A DNA stretch of 64,000 bases, from positions 29,931 through 93,930 of the forward strand of contig JAITVV010000089.1 in the NCBI GenBank assembly GCA_031285625.1, read 5' to 3'. The position numbers and the translations under genes were made by a program. This DNA is from Prevotella sp. (GTDB lineage Bacteria > Bacteroidota > Bacteroidia > Bacteroidales > Dysgonomonadaceae). The stretch's first letter is position 1. Each line of letters starts with the position of its first letter. Shown piece after piece: positions 1-10,189 of this stretch. The notes under the pieces are model-generated. The model saw only the letters and a program-made list of their open reading frames with translations. It ran no database searches and was not told the DNA's origin.

Positions 1-995
1 TTCAGATAATCAACCTTAGCAAAACCATTCAGCTTTTTAGGGATGAAATAGTACAACCCTATACCATGAAGCCCTTCCTTACTGATTCCACCATCATTGG
101 CTTTTATCCATTCGGCCCGGGCATACAGTCTTTCCGATCTATAATCCGAGCTCACAATCCATCTGTTACGAACATGGTTAGACTCTTCTGTGTCATCGGA
201 ATTCATATACGCGGGTCTCAAATATTTAGCTTCTCCAAAATAGGCACCTCCTCCTATACGGAAACCTTTTACAGGCTGTAACATAATATTTGCGGCAAAA
301 TCTTTTGAGTTATTATTCTCGCTGGTATTGATACCCGTACCCTGATATACCCCTATCCTGTATTCTAAAAGATCGTGAGTCTGGGTTTTGAATAAATTAC
401 CATATGCCATTATCCCCACATCACGCCCACTATTATTTTTACCGTTTTGCTCCTGTTGAACATCTCCGGTCATTCCTATTAATGAAGAAACAGAACGTGT
501 ATTAAGAACAGCTTCTATATCAGTCAGTGACATTTGATTCTCCAGAGAAAGAGGGGTCTTCATTTGTCCCAGTCTCAAATTGAATTCATTGGCCGGACTC
601 CATTCGCCCCAAAATTCATATGGCATGGGCTTAACAAACTCTGCGAGAATAAAGTATTTAAAGTTTTTAGTGATCTCTCCACGCATTGATAAGAATATTA
701 CCCTGGCATCCAGGCTATGCTTTGTTTCGGCTAAGTCATTGTATTTATACATAAAGAGGCCGTACCCCCCAAAACGCATATATGGTGTATTAAAAGCCTC
801 CCTTACTTTATCCACAGCCTGAGAAAAAGAAGGATTACCTTCCTTCTGCACAGGCTTTTGACGGAGAGAATCTGCTTCACTCTGAGTAAGTACGTTCTTC
901 TCTACCAGTTTTTTTAATAGTTCATTGTTAGAATCCTGAGCATAAATTAAACCACATGCTACACATAAAGAGAGCATGAATAAAAATCTTTTCAT
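1..995 (-). CDS. Outer-membrane porin (phosphate-selective porin O/P-like), runs off the window edge
   Basis: Not in the ORF track. Manual translation from ATG at 995 gives signal peptide MKRFLFMLSLCVACGLIYAQ, then LLKKLVEKNVLTQSEADSL, LRLGQMKTPLSLEN, GRDVGIMAYG and GVYQGTGINTSENNNSKDF, typical of Bacteroidetes porin O/P proteins. Confidence 0.75.
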   Translation of the reverse strand, partial: MKRFLFMLSLCVACGLIYAQDSNNELLKKLVEKNVLTQSEADSLRQKPVQKEGNPSFSQAVDKVREAFNTPYMRFGGYGLFMYKYNDLAETKHSLDARVIFLSMRGEITKNFKYFILAEFVKPMPYEFWGEWSPANEFNLRLGQMKTPLSLENQMSLTDIEAVLNTRSVSSLIGMTGDVQQEQNGKNNSGRDVGIMAYGNLFKTQTHDLLEYRIGVYQGTGINTSENNNSKDFAANIMLQPVKGFRIGGGAYFGEAKYLRPAYMNSDDTEESNHVRNRWIVSSDYRSERLYARAEWIKANDGGISKEGLHGIGLYYFIPKKLNGFAKVDYL

Positions 996-1078
996 TATTA
1001 AATTTGATTATTATTTGTATTTAACTATTTCTCTGCATTCTTGTTTTCCCAAAGATGCAGTCTATTTTTCATAAGTGT

Positions 1079-1732
1079 TTATATTTCTATCTTATCTCCG
1101 AGGTATTTAGGTCCCTTTCCTGTAGCGATATCGACAAATACCTTTACCCGGGCGAATAATTCACGTACTTTTGTCCGGTATGAAGAACGGTTGAGTGATA
1201 AGTCTTTGGCATTATATCCATAAGCCTCTAACCCATAATATTGCGCCAGAAAAACAGCACGCTCATTATGAAACTCTTGTGATACAATTATAAATGATTT
1301 TTGACCGAATATTTCACTCATCCTGACTACAGAGTCCAACGTTCGAAGCCCAGCATAGTCCGGATGAATAATACTATCCGGAACCCCGGCCTCTATCAGT
1401 GCCTGACGCATATCTTCGGCTTCATTATAGTCTTTGCGACTATTATCTCCGCTAACAACAAAAGCCTGTACCTTTCCGGCCTCATACAATTCTTTCGCAG
1501 CTTGTATGCGATATACAAAATACATATTGGGGCGATTCCCTATATTTTTTGCTGTGCCCAATACCAAAGCTGCTTTTTGTACAGGGATACTATCCACACT
1601 ATTATGTACATAGTCTTTCGAATCGTGTGGGATCTTCCAGTTAGCAAAAGCTATAACAGAAACTATGAAAATAAGTATTATAAATATTATCAAGAGAATA
1701 CGTTTAAGGATCTTTTTTGTCCGGTTCTTCAT
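1079..1732 (-). CDS. sanA: SanA/YdcF (DUF218) family membrane protein
   Basis: N-terminal TM helix; motifs ALVLG, VSGDN, YNE, DYAGLRTLDSVVR, SQEFHNERA, RELFAR. Confidence 0.85.
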   Translation of the reverse strand: MKNRTKKILKRILLIIFIILIFIVSVIAFANWKIPHDSKDYVHNSVDSIPVQKAALVLGTAKNIGNRPNMYFVYRIQAAKELYEAGKVQAFVVSGDNSRKDYNEAEDMRQALIEAGVPDSIIHPDYAGLRTLDSVVRMSEIFGQKSFIIVSQEFHNERAVFLAQYYGLEAYGYNAKDLSLNRSSYRTKVRELFARVKVFVDIATGKGPKYLGDKIEI

Positions 1733-2601
1733 CAGATGCGATCTAGTACTTTTTTAATTAAATCTTCTATCGACCCTTTATAATTGGCATTTGACTCTCC
1801 GGCTAAACGATTAGCGATAATAGTACATACGGTCATTGCTCGATGTCCCATCAGCCTGCCCAAGCCTGCCAGAGGTGCACTCTCCATTTCGTAATTGGTA
1901 ATTACATCCTGATCGAATTTGAACGTTTCTATTTTACTATTCAAATCCGGATTAGCCAAAGGCATACGCACATAACGGCCTTGAGGCCCATAAAAACCGA
2001 TAGCAGAAATAGTCACTCCTTTTATCATATCCTCACCGCCTATACGCTCCACGAGTTCTTCATCTGCCTTAATTACATACGGGGCACAATGTTGAGGATT
2101 CCAGTTCACATGCTTTTTGAAAGCCTCTTCAAAATCAAGCAAAGCAACATTGTCACGTCCTTCGTAATAATTGAGCACTCCATCAAAACCTATCGATTTG
2201 GCAGCAACAACATAAGAGCCTATCGGACAATGGGGCTGCAAGCCACCCGAAGTACCTACACGAACCATTGTCAACTGTTTAAAATCGGCTTTAACTTCAC
2301 GCGTTTCGAAGTCTACATTGGCTAAAGCATCCAGTTCTGTGATTACAATATCCATATTGTCGGGGCCTATGCCATGTGAAAGTGCTGTAATACGCTTTCC
2401 GTGATATGTACCTGTGATAGTTCTGAATTCACGGCTTTGGACCTCGCACTCTATAGTATCAAAAAAAGAGGCTGTAAGGGCTACCCGGTCGGGATCTCCC
2501 ATCATTATTATCTTATCCGATAATTGCTCAGGTTTTATATGTAGATGAAATACACTTCCATCATTATTTATAATCAATTCTGAGTCAGGAATTATTCTCA
2601 T
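1732..2601 (-). CDS. Nucleoside (uridine) phosphorylase, PNP/UDP family
   Basis: GDPDRV, REF, HGIGPDN, RVGTSGGLQ, GFYGPQGR, NYEMES. Confidence 0.9.
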   Translation of the reverse strand: MRIIPDSELIINNDGSVFHLHIKPEQLSDKIIMMGDPDRVALTASFFDTIECEVQSREFRTITGTYHGKRITALSHGIGPDNMDIVITELDALANVDFETREVKADFKQLTMVRVGTSGGLQPHCPIGSYVVAAKSIGFDGVLNYYEGRDNVALLDFEEAFKKHVNWNPQHCAPYVIKADEELVERIGGEDMIKGVTISAIGFYGPQGRYVRMPLANPDLNSKIETFKFDQDVITNYEMESAPLAGLGRLMGHRAMTVCTIIANRLAGESNANYKGSIEDLIKKVLDRI

Positions 2602-2626
2602 AATTATCTGCTTTTAATTAATGCGA

Positions 2627-2634
2627 CAAAGATA
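2627..2634 (-). promoter_or_regulatory. Bacteroidetes sigma-A -7 promoter box (TATCTTTG) for the phosphorylase-sanA unit
   Basis: Exact TAnnTTTG match 26 nt upstream of the ATG. Confidence 0.6.
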
Positions 2635-2668
2635 TAAATTATTACTTATCTATATCTTATGAGTTCCT

Positions 2669-3568
2669 TTAAAAAGACAGGCTTACCCGAAACCCAAATG
2701 TTCTTTCATTTCCTATTGTACTAAACCAAGGTGTACAAGCTAAAGAATAATCTGTTGAACTGGATTTTCCTCTATTCGGGTTTCCGGCAAATATCCCTAT
2801 TACCTCATTCACCGGATCGATCAGATAGGCTACCACATTTCCCAAGATGCGGGAACCGAATAAACTATAATCGTTTGCTACAATATGACGTTTGAGTATA
2901 TAGAATCCTTCTCCGAAGATAGTTCCTGCGATAGGAGTTATGATCAGATCCTGAATAGAGGGAATCTCCATAAAAGCTTCAATCCCGTACTCCCAGAATA
3001 AAGTAGATACCCCTGTAGCATAAAGGGCTGAATAAAGAATATTAAAGCCCAGACTTCTGGCACCCATATAATATGCAGCCCCGCCATAAGGGTGGAGTAT
3101 ATAATTGAACATAAAATTATCTTTATCTACTACCGGCCCTCTTTTTACATTCCTCCACCATCTCTTAAAAGGTGGAGTATGTATCGTTTCCGACTTATTC
3201 CAGGCAGTAGCATTTTCGGGTAATGCATACAGCGCTCCAAGGGTTACAACTCCCGCGCTCAGTAACACTCCCGAATTTAAGGCTAACCTTTTGTAGTCAG
3301 GATAATTAGCCGTCATAGAATAAGGCAGATCATATATATTCACTTTAGAGGGAATTATCCTGAAGTTTTCCTTATAAACGCTATCAGAGAAAGCAATATC
3401 CGGTTTGAAAGATTGTACATCTATGGGGAAAATAGTTTGAACAGTATCGGATGCCGTTTTTTCATCTAATATAGACAACTCACCCTGAGCACTTATATTG
3501 AGTGTACCTACGAGTAGTAAGATAAGAAAATACCTGTTCCGCTGTTTATGGATAATATTATTCTTCAT
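2669..3568 (-). CDS. DUF3943-like exported/outer-membrane protein
   Basis: Signal peptide; D-x-D-x-F-x-x-NY-x-x-HPYGGA-x-YY-x-x-AR, LFWEYGIEAFMEIPSIQDL; C-terminal aromatic strand FGFRVSLSF. Confidence 0.7.
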   Translation of the reverse strand: MKNNIIHKQRNRYFLILLLVGTLNISAQGELSILDEKTASDTVQTIFPIDVQSFKPDIAFSDSVYKENFRIIPSKVNIYDLPYSMTANYPDYKRLALNSGVLLSAGVVTLGALYALPENATAWNKSETIHTPPFKRWWRNVKRGPVVDKDNFMFNYILHPYGGAAYYMGARSLGFNILYSALYATGVSTLFWEYGIEAFMEIPSIQDLIITPIAGTIFGEGFYILKRHIVANDYSLFGSRILGNVVAYLIDPVNEVIGIFAGNPNRGKSSSTDYSLACTPWFSTIGNERTFGFRVSLSF

Positions 3569-3736
3569 TCTAACATTTGCTAAAACCTTAATAACATATT
3601 ATCATAAATTTAGCGAGACTATCCTATATTGCTTTTTATATAGATTTCCTTTTTATAGTTTGAAATGAAGATTTTCCAAATTTTAACTAAATTATAAGAT
3701 TAATTTCTGACTCATATATTCGAATAATTCATTATT

Positions 3737-5254
3737 TCATATTTGTAATGCCGGATATTTGGCAAAAGTCTTCGGTAAATTTGGAATGTTATCTTTATTC
3801 CAGCTACCACGCATATCTGATAGTACATCATCAAAATCTTTTCCTGCAATCTTCTTTACTATTTTTAGATACATTAAGAGTATATCGTCGTATTTCGAAG
3901 GATTGAAAGCAGCGAGCACAGCCACAGCCGATGCACCAATATATCCTCTCCATCCATCATAATCTTCATAAAGTGGATAAACTTCAATAGCCTCCATCAA
4001 CTTTTTTACATACTGCTCTATTAATGGCTCCAGTTCAGGATGCCTCCCGGCTGCCCTAAAGAGTCCCCGTTCTCCAACTGCGCCATCTGGCTGTGTAAGG
4101 TATATACTGACACTACCAAATCGCCATGTGAGAAAATATTCATCTATATTATGTACTATCCTTTCCAGTATCAGCTTTACTTGCGCTACCTTGTCGGGAT
4201 CCATTTTCTCCTGTATTTTCATGATTCCTCTTTCCCAAGGTTCAAAATCATTATCTCCAAGGTAAAACCTTCTGGGATCGGGAATAATACCCTCGTGCAT
4301 TACTTGGTGAAGTAAGGCTTTTACCCTCTTTAGCGACAAACTGCGATTCAAATCTTCGAGAATATGATAAAAGTTGGTAAGTAAGGTATCATAACTAACC
4401 TTCTTTTCAGGTAAATCTCTAGCACATTTGAGAAGAAGGATAAGTTCATTATCAAGCATTTTTCTATAAGATGGGAACGTTCTGGTTCCCCCATATAATT
4501 CTATAAGTGCATTCTTTAACCTATTAGGACGATATCTGTTTGGGTATTTGATTAAATACTTTTCAAATAAGGGTATAAGCTTCTTTCGTCTCTCCGCATC
4601 TTTTTCCTGTCTTTCTATGGTAGCCTTTTCCGCCAGCTCTTCATCAATCCACTTATCTTTACCGTATGTTTTTAAAAATTCGGCAAATGCTTCTTTAAAC
4701 GGTCCTGTTATTTTCTTTTCTATATATACTGAGGTATTATTAGTCAAATAATCGATAATGATTTTCTCATCATTGAGCGAGATACGACAATCCATTATAG
4801 CTTTAAGCTTGCTACCTCCGCAGAGTTTAATAGCGATCTCGGTATGTCTCAGTTCTATATACAGTTCTTTTACATGTTCGAGATAAAGATACAACAGTCT
4901 CTTTTCCTCATCAGACAAATCCATCGTATTCTGAATCATCCTAAGTATGGCAATAATAGCCTCCAAACTATACCAAGTAGCTTGTTGCGATATATAATCG
5001 GTATACTCATTGTATTTGAGCGACTTCTTTATATCATTATAAACTTCTACATAGCCTTCTTTGCGCTTTTCTTTCATTAAGCGAATAGCCTCATTCTGGC
5101 AGTCTAACTCATTATCAAATTTTTGTTGAATTGCTTCCGCATCATCATCCTGAATGGTAAATCCCCATTGAAATATATCAATACTCCAGATCTTCTTTTC
5201 TATACCGTTATCGTAGTCGAATGAATATTTTCTACACACGAAATTCAATGCCAT
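3737..5254 (-). CDS. Hypothetical protein with WGR-like N-terminal domain and DUF6138-like C-terminal region
   Basis: N-terminus KKIWSI...QKF...AIRLMKEKRKEGYVE fits the WGR pattern although the WGR residues are absent. C-terminal LFRAAGRHPELEPLIEQY...YEDYDG..GYIGASAV. Own TAACTTTG box at 5286-5293. Confidence 0.5.
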   Translation of the reverse strand: MALNFVCRKYSFDYDNGIEKKIWSIDIFQWGFTIQDDDAEAIQQKFDNELDCQNEAIRLMKEKRKEGYVEVYNDIKKSLKYNEYTDYISQQATWYSLEAIIAILRMIQNTMDLSDEEKRLLYLYLEHVKELYIELRHTEIAIKLCGGSKLKAIMDCRISLNDEKIIIDYLTNNTSVYIEKKITGPFKEAFAEFLKTYGKDKWIDEELAEKATIERQEKDAERRKKLIPLFEKYLIKYPNRYRPNRLKNALIELYGGTRTFPSYRKMLDNELILLLKCARDLPEKKVSYDTLLTNFYHILEDLNRSLSLKRVKALLHQVMHEGIIPDPRRFYLGDNDFEPWERGIMKIQEKMDPDKVAQVKLILERIVHNIDEYFLTWRFGSVSIYLTQPDGAVGERGLFRAAGRHPELEPLIEQYVKKLMEAIEVYPLYEDYDGWRGYIGASAVAVLAAFNPSKYDDILLMYLKIVKKIAGKDFDDVLSDMRGSWNKDNIPNLPKTFAKYPALQI

Positions 5255-5312
5255 AGTGATATGTATATGTTTATGTTAAGTAATGCAAAGTTAAAAATAT
5301 ATTATAAATACC

Positions 5313-5660
5313 CTATTCAATAGATAATTCTTCCATTGGATCCCAGAATATCATTTTCCAATTTTTAATCCGGTCGTTTACAACCATAATACCTTCTGAC
5401 TCCAATGATTTCTGCATCTCCTTCGAATCTCCAAACGCATCTTTTCCGGACAAAACACCTTGGCTATTAACGACCCGGTGTGCAGGAATTCCGGAGTTTG
5501 CAGAATCACATGCTCCCATTACCTTGCCAACCATACGAGACAGATTAGGATATCCGATTGCTTTAGCTATTGCTCCATAACTGGTTGCACGCCCATAAGG
5601 AATATTTTTCACAACATCATATACCCCCTGGGTGAAGTCTTCTTTATCTAATTGAGCCAT
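5313..5660 (-). CDS. Alkyltransferase-like (ATL/MGMT family) DNA-binding protein
   Basis: IPYGRATSYGAIA, SRMVG, IPAHRVVN (Ala in place of the acceptor Cys), LESEG. Confidence 0.85.
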   Translation of the reverse strand: MAQLDKEDFTQGVYDVVKNIPYGRATSYGAIAKAIGYPNLSRMVGKVMGACDSANSGIPAHRVVNSQGVLSGKDAFGDSKEMQKSLESEGIMVVNDRIKNWKMIFWDPMEELSIE

Positions 5661-5799
5661 ATTATCTATTGTTTGCCATAAAGATATAGAGAAATTTTAC
5701 ATCGGTTAAAAACTATACTAATTATAATTATTATATTTGTATTCTCTATTATCAAAAAATTCACTTGAATTTAAATCTAAAAACCTAAAAATAAAGACC

Positions 5800-6639
5800 A
5801 TGAATCGATTTTTTAAATTACTATTTTCAATAATGTGTGCGCACACATTATTTTTTACTGGCAATATTCTTGCCAACGAACCCGAGAAAATGATAAAGGA
5901 TGACGGCGAATTATTTAAAGTTGCGATAGCTGGTTATACCTTTGTGAACTTCAATTTGGATGAAACATTAAAGATGATGAAAGAAGTGGATGTACATTAT
6001 TTATGTATAAAAGACTTCCACCTCCCATTAAATAGCACAGATGAAGAAATAGCTGCATTCCATGCAAAACTGGCCAGCTATGATGTAACAGGATATGCTG
6101 TAGGCCCCATCTATATGAAAACAAAAGAAGAGGTAGACCGTGCCTTTGATTATGCCAAACGGGTAGGAGTAAAACTGATTGTTGGCGTACCAAATCACGA
6201 TTTACTGCCATATGTGGATAAGAAAGTAAAAGAATATGACTTCAAATATGCAATCCATCTACATGGTCCGGATATTGAGTTATATCCGCATGCTACAGAT
6301 ATTTATGAAAATGTAAAGGATCTTGACCCTCGCATTGGCATGTGCCTTGATATCGGTCATGATGCACGTGCAGGACATGATCCGATAGCTGATCTGAAAA
6401 AATATAGCGACAGGGTTTTTGATATTCACATGAAAAATACAACTGCTGCAACTAAAGCAGGCAAGACAGGTGAAATAGGGCGTGGAATAATTGACATCCC
6501 AGCTTTTGTAAAGATGCTTCGTGAAGTAAAATATACCGGTGCATGCAGTCTGGAATATGAACGCAATATGAAAGCTCCTTTGGCCGGGATTGCTGAGTCG
6601 ATCGGTTATTTTAGAGGAGTGATAGACGCTACAAAATAG
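5800..6639 (+). CDS. Exported sugar phosphate isomerase/epimerase (xylose isomerase-like TIM barrel)
   Basis: Signal peptide from ATG 5800 (the ORF-track TTG lies in the TATATTTG promoter box at 5732-5739); AIHLHGP, CLDIGH, DIHMKN, EIGRG, SLEYE. Confidence 0.8.
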   Translation: MNRFFKLLFSIMCAHTLFFTGNILANEPEKMIKDDGELFKVAIAGYTFVNFNLDETLKMMKEVDVHYLCIKDFHLPLNSTDEEIAAFHAKLASYDVTGYAVGPIYMKTKEEVDRAFDYAKRVGVKLIVGVPNHDLLPYVDKKVKEYDFKYAIHLHGPDIELYPHATDIYENVKDLDPRIGMCLDIGHDARAGHDPIADLKKYSDRVFDIHMKNTTAATKAGKTGEIGRGIIDIPAFVKMLREVKYTGACSLEYERNMKAPLAGIAESIGYFRGVIDATK

Positions 6640-6667
6640 AATTACTTTAAATTCTTTCAATAATAGG

Positions 6668-6699
6668 ATAGGTAACAATTTAATTGTTACCTATTTTTG
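6668..6699 (+). terminator. Intrinsic terminator whose T tail overlaps a TAnnTTTG box for the next gene
   Basis: ATAGGTAACAATT/AATTGTTACCTAT inverted repeat followed by TTTT; TATTTTTG at 6692-6699. Confidence 0.65.
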
Positions 6700-6720
6700 T
6701 ATCATTAACAGAAAGCAAAC

Positions 6721-7296
6721 ATGGACGAAATAGATAAGTTCAAAAAAATAAAAGAACAATCGGAAAAACGCTGGGAACATATAACATTGGATAGTTGCTA
6801 TGGATTTCAGATACAGGAGGGTTCAAAATGGAAAGAAGGATTAACGGATAGCCAGATTAACAGCTTCGAAGAAGAAATGGGATTTTCTTTTTCCGAGACT
6901 CTTCGCAACTACTACAAGGTGATGAATGGGCTGGATAAACCCGGAATAAATGTATATGGGTACAGTGATGTACCATTTGCGTATCAACCAAAATTTTATT
7001 CCTATCCAGATGATGTAGGATTAATTAAAGAGTATATTAACTGGATATTTGACGCAAACAATACAAACTATGATAAACTGAAAGAGATAGGGGCTTCACG
7101 TATCTTTCCTATTTATGGACACCGGTTTATGTTACTGGATACTCCCGGGAATCCTATTTTATCGATGCATGGGGATGATATTATTTATTGGAGTAGAGAC
7201 ATATTTCAATTATTAGACATTGATATATTCAACAAATCAGGGGATAGGATGAAAGACGCCGATGAGATTATTAACAAAATAGAGTTCTGGTTATGA
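6721..7296 (+). CDS. SMI1/KNR4 (SUKH) family protein
   Basis: GLTDSQINSFEEEMGFSFSETLRNYYKVMNG core; IFPIYGHRF...NPILSMHGDDIIYW. Confidence 0.75.
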   Translation: MDEIDKFKKIKEQSEKRWEHITLDSCYGFQIQEGSKWKEGLTDSQINSFEEEMGFSFSETLRNYYKVMNGLDKPGINVYGYSDVPFAYQPKFYSYPDDVGLIKEYINWIFDANNTNYDKLKEIGASRIFPIYGHRFMLLDTPGNPILSMHGDDIIYWSRDIFQLLDIDIFNKSGDRMKDADEIINKIEFWL

Positions 7297-7766
7297 AAAT
7301 AATACTCCTGGCTATAGGCAAAACAGATGCAGGCTATTTTATCGATGCCATCAAAGAATATACAAAAAGACTGGAACATTATATTCCTTTCGAAATGCAG
7401 ATTATTCCAAATATAAAAAACACGAAAAGCCTGACCATAGACCAACACAAAGAAAAAGAAGGAGAACTTATTCTAAAAAACCTACAGGCAGGAGATCATC
7501 TGGTATTATTAGATGACAAAGGAAAAGAATATACTTCTGTGCAGTTTGCCAATTATATTGAAAAGAAGACACATACAGTAAGTAAACGATTAATATTTGT
7601 TATCGGTGGTCCTTATGGATTTTCCCAATCTGTATACGAAAAAGCGAATGAGAAACTCACCTTGTCCAGAATGACTTTTTCACACCAGATGGTGCGGCTG
7701 ATATTTGTGGAACAGCTTTACAGGGCTATGACAATCCTTAATAACGAGCCCTATCATCACGAGTAG
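7293..7766 (+). CDS. rlmH: 23S rRNA m3psi1915 methyltransferase RlmH
   Basis: IGKT, LDDKGK, FVIGGPYGF, MTFSHQMVRLIFVEQLYRA, EPYHHE. Confidence 0.96.
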   Translation: MKIILLAIGKTDAGYFIDAIKEYTKRLEHYIPFEMQIIPNIKNTKSLTIDQHKEKEGELILKNLQAGDHLVLLDDKGKEYTSVQFANYIEKKTHTVSKRLIFVIGGPYGFSQSVYEKANEKLTLSRMTFSHQMVRLIFVEQLYRAMTILNNEPYHHE

Positions 7767-7767
7767 G

Positions 7768-9012
7768 TTACTCGAATCGTAATGACTTAGCCGGTGTAAT
7801 ACGTGCTATCAGGTAAGAAGGGCCAATCATAGCCAATACCGACAGGATCAGTGTAGCCACATTGATTAGTACAATATAAAGTATATTGATATCCACAGGC
7901 ATTTCGGATACATAGTATGTCTCAGGGTCAAGTTTTATCAGCCCAAAATATTTCTGTACAAACAATATTGTCAAAGCAATGATATTCCCCCAAAGCATCC
8001 CTTTCAATATAAGAAATGAAGAAACATAAAGAAACGTTTTACGGATACTGAAATTCTTTGCGCCCAATGTTTTCAGCATACCTATCATATTGGTTCTCTC
8101 AAGAATAATGATAAGTAGTCCCGATATCATAGTGAATATAGAAATGGCAAACATCAGGATAATAATTACCCATACATTCATATCAAGCAGATCGAGCCAG
8201 CTGAATATCATCGGGTTCATTTCCTTTATAGAACGTGTAAGAAATGTATTGCCATCTGCATCACGGTATGTCATCATATCCAGATAGACATCTTGCGTTA
8301 TACGATCCAGATTATCATAATCATTCACAAGAAGTTCGATACCACTCACCTGATCATCATTCCATTTATTAAGTTTCTGAATAAGATGAATATCCGTAAT
8401 AACGAACATCTTATCATAATCTTCGAAATTGGTGCTGTATATTCCGGTGATATTAAATTTGCGTGCGCTTCTTTCCTCTACAAAATAGGCTATAAAACTA
8501 TCACCTGTCTTAAGATTGAGTTTTCCGGCAATATTCTTTGATATTATTACAGGATTCGTTATTGATGTATCAGCAGGGTTGATGATTGAACCGTCAACCA
8601 TATTACTCTTAAAGAATTGCCAATCGTAATCATCCCCTACCCCTTTCAGTATAATTCCCTGAAAGGCATCATCTGTTTTGATAATCCCCGGCTTTGTGGC
8701 ATATACCTGAGTATGTGCTACTCCCGGCTCTGATTTCAGTTTATCAATAACCTCAGGAGCAACAATGACCGGCATTGTTTCATATGAGGTAGTATTATTC
8801 AGATTTGTGATCTGTATATGCGAACCAAAGCCCACAATCTTATTGCGTACTTCTTTCTTAAAGCCCACAACAATCGATAACGCCAGAATCATAGCAGCCA
8901 AGCCTATTGCAACTCCTGCAATAGCAATCTTAATGGCAGGGGAAGAGGCTTTCTTTTCACCTTTCTCTGTACCAAAATGAATACGCTTAGCTATAAATAA
9001 TTCTAAATTCAT
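7768..9012 (-). CDS. LolC/E-type ABC transporter permease (FtsX-like)
   Basis: MNLELFIAKR, SIVVGFKKEVRNKIVGFGSHIQI, ERTNMIGMLKTLGA, YYVSEMP, ITPAKSLRFE. Confidence 0.85.
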   Translation of the reverse strand: MNLELFIAKRIHFGTEKGEKKASSPAIKIAIAGVAIGLAAMILALSIVVGFKKEVRNKIVGFGSHIQITNLNNTTSYETMPVIVAPEVIDKLKSEPGVAHTQVYATKPGIIKTDDAFQGIILKGVGDDYDWQFFKSNMVDGSIINPADTSITNPVIISKNIAGKLNLKTGDSFIAYFVEERSARKFNITGIYSTNFEDYDKMFVITDIHLIQKLNKWNDDQVSGIELLVNDYDNLDRITQDVYLDMMTYRDADGNTFLTRSIKEMNPMIFSWLDLLDMNVWVIIILMFAISIFTMISGLLIIILERTNMIGMLKTLGAKNFSIRKTFLYVSSFLILKGMLWGNIIALTILFVQKYFGLIKLDPETYYVSEMPVDINILYIVLINVATLILSVLAMIGPSYLIARITPAKSLRFE

Positions 9013-9030
9013 TTATCTGATAATTTGCAA

Positions 9031-10053
9031 CTAGAATAAAAATCCTTGTTCACTCGCCCTTTTTCTTCCCAAATGAGTATACGCCAGATCTGTGGCTTCA
9101 CGTCCGCGAGGAGTACGTTTCATAAATCCTTCTTTAATGAGGAATGGCTCGTAAACTTCTTCGATAGTCCCGCCGTCTTCGCCAAGGGCAGTTGCAATTG
9201 TAGAAATACCAACCGGCCCACCTTTAAACTTATCAATAAGTATCAGTAATATCTTATTATCAATTTCGTCCAATCCATATTTATCTATATTCAGGGCTTC
9301 GAGTGCATATGTCGCAATATCTTTATCTATTTTACCTGTACCTTTTACCTGAGCAAAGTCACGTACCCGGCGTAACAAGGCATTTGCAATACGGGGAGTA
9401 CCGCGGCTTCGGGATGCGATTTCTACAGCGGCATCTTTTGAGGTGGGAACATCCAGAATATCCGCAGAACGAAGGATGATATTCGTAAGCGTTTCCATAT
9501 CGTAATACTCCAAGTGCATATTGATACCAAACCGTGCACGCAAAGGACTTGTCAATAATCCACTCCGGGTAGTAGCCCCAACTAGTGTAAAAGGATTCAG
9601 CTCGATCTGTACCGAACGGGCACTCGGTCCCTTATCGATCATTATATCGATGCGATAATCCTCCATTGCACTATACAAATACTCCTCCACTATTGGAGAA
9701 AGACGGTGTATTTCATCAATAAAGAGTACATCGTTAGGTTCCAGAGAGGTTAATAATCCCGCAAGGTCACCCGGCTTATCCAATACAGGCCCTGACGTAA
9801 CCTTAAAGCCTACACCCAACTCATTTGCTATAATATTCGACAATGTAGTCTTCCCTAGTCCTGGAGGACCATGAAGAAGTGTGTGATCAAGGGATTCGCC
9901 ACGCATTTTAGCTGCTGCAACAAAAACCTGAAGATTTTCTACGACCTTATTCTGACCGCTGAAACTTCGAAACGTGAGAGGACGCAATGCGTTTTCAAAT
10001 TCCTTCTCATTTTCGTTTACGTTTCCTCTATGTGTATTGAATGTTCCTTCCAT
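9031..10053 (-). CDS. ruvB: Holliday junction branch migration helicase RuvB
   Basis: [43 protein letters not shown] 10053 preferred because the TTG lies in the TAAATTTG box at 10066-10073. Confidence 0.97.
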   Translation of the reverse strand: MEGTFNTHRGNVNENEKEFENALRPLTFRSFSGQNKVVENLQVFVAAAKMRGESLDHTLLHGPPGLGKTTLSNIIANELGVGFKVTSGPVLDKPGDLAGLLTSLEPNDVLFIDEIHRLSPIVEEYLYSAMEDYRIDIMIDKGPSARSVQIELNPFTLVGATTRSGLLTSPLRARFGINMHLEYYDMETLTNIILRSADILDVPTSKDAAVEIASRSRGTPRIANALLRRVRDFAQVKGTGKIDKDIATYALEALNIDKYGLDEIDNKILLILIDKFKGGPVGISTIATALGEDGGTIEEVYEPFLIKEGFMKRTPRGREATDLAYTHLGRKRASEQGFLF

Positions 10054-10189
10054 AACGTGTAGCTGCAAATTTACATCAATATATTCAATTTACATGCAGA
10101 TTTACAGTTTCGAAAAATATAAAAGATTAAAATATTCTTCGATTTAACGCTAAAAAGATATTTCTTTGTGTGAACTTAAGATTTTAAAG

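Noticed and set aside
66-822. Short + strand ORFs 66-281 and 580-822
   Set aside because: Antisense shadows of the minus-strand porin (1-995), which the ORF track missed because it runs off the window.
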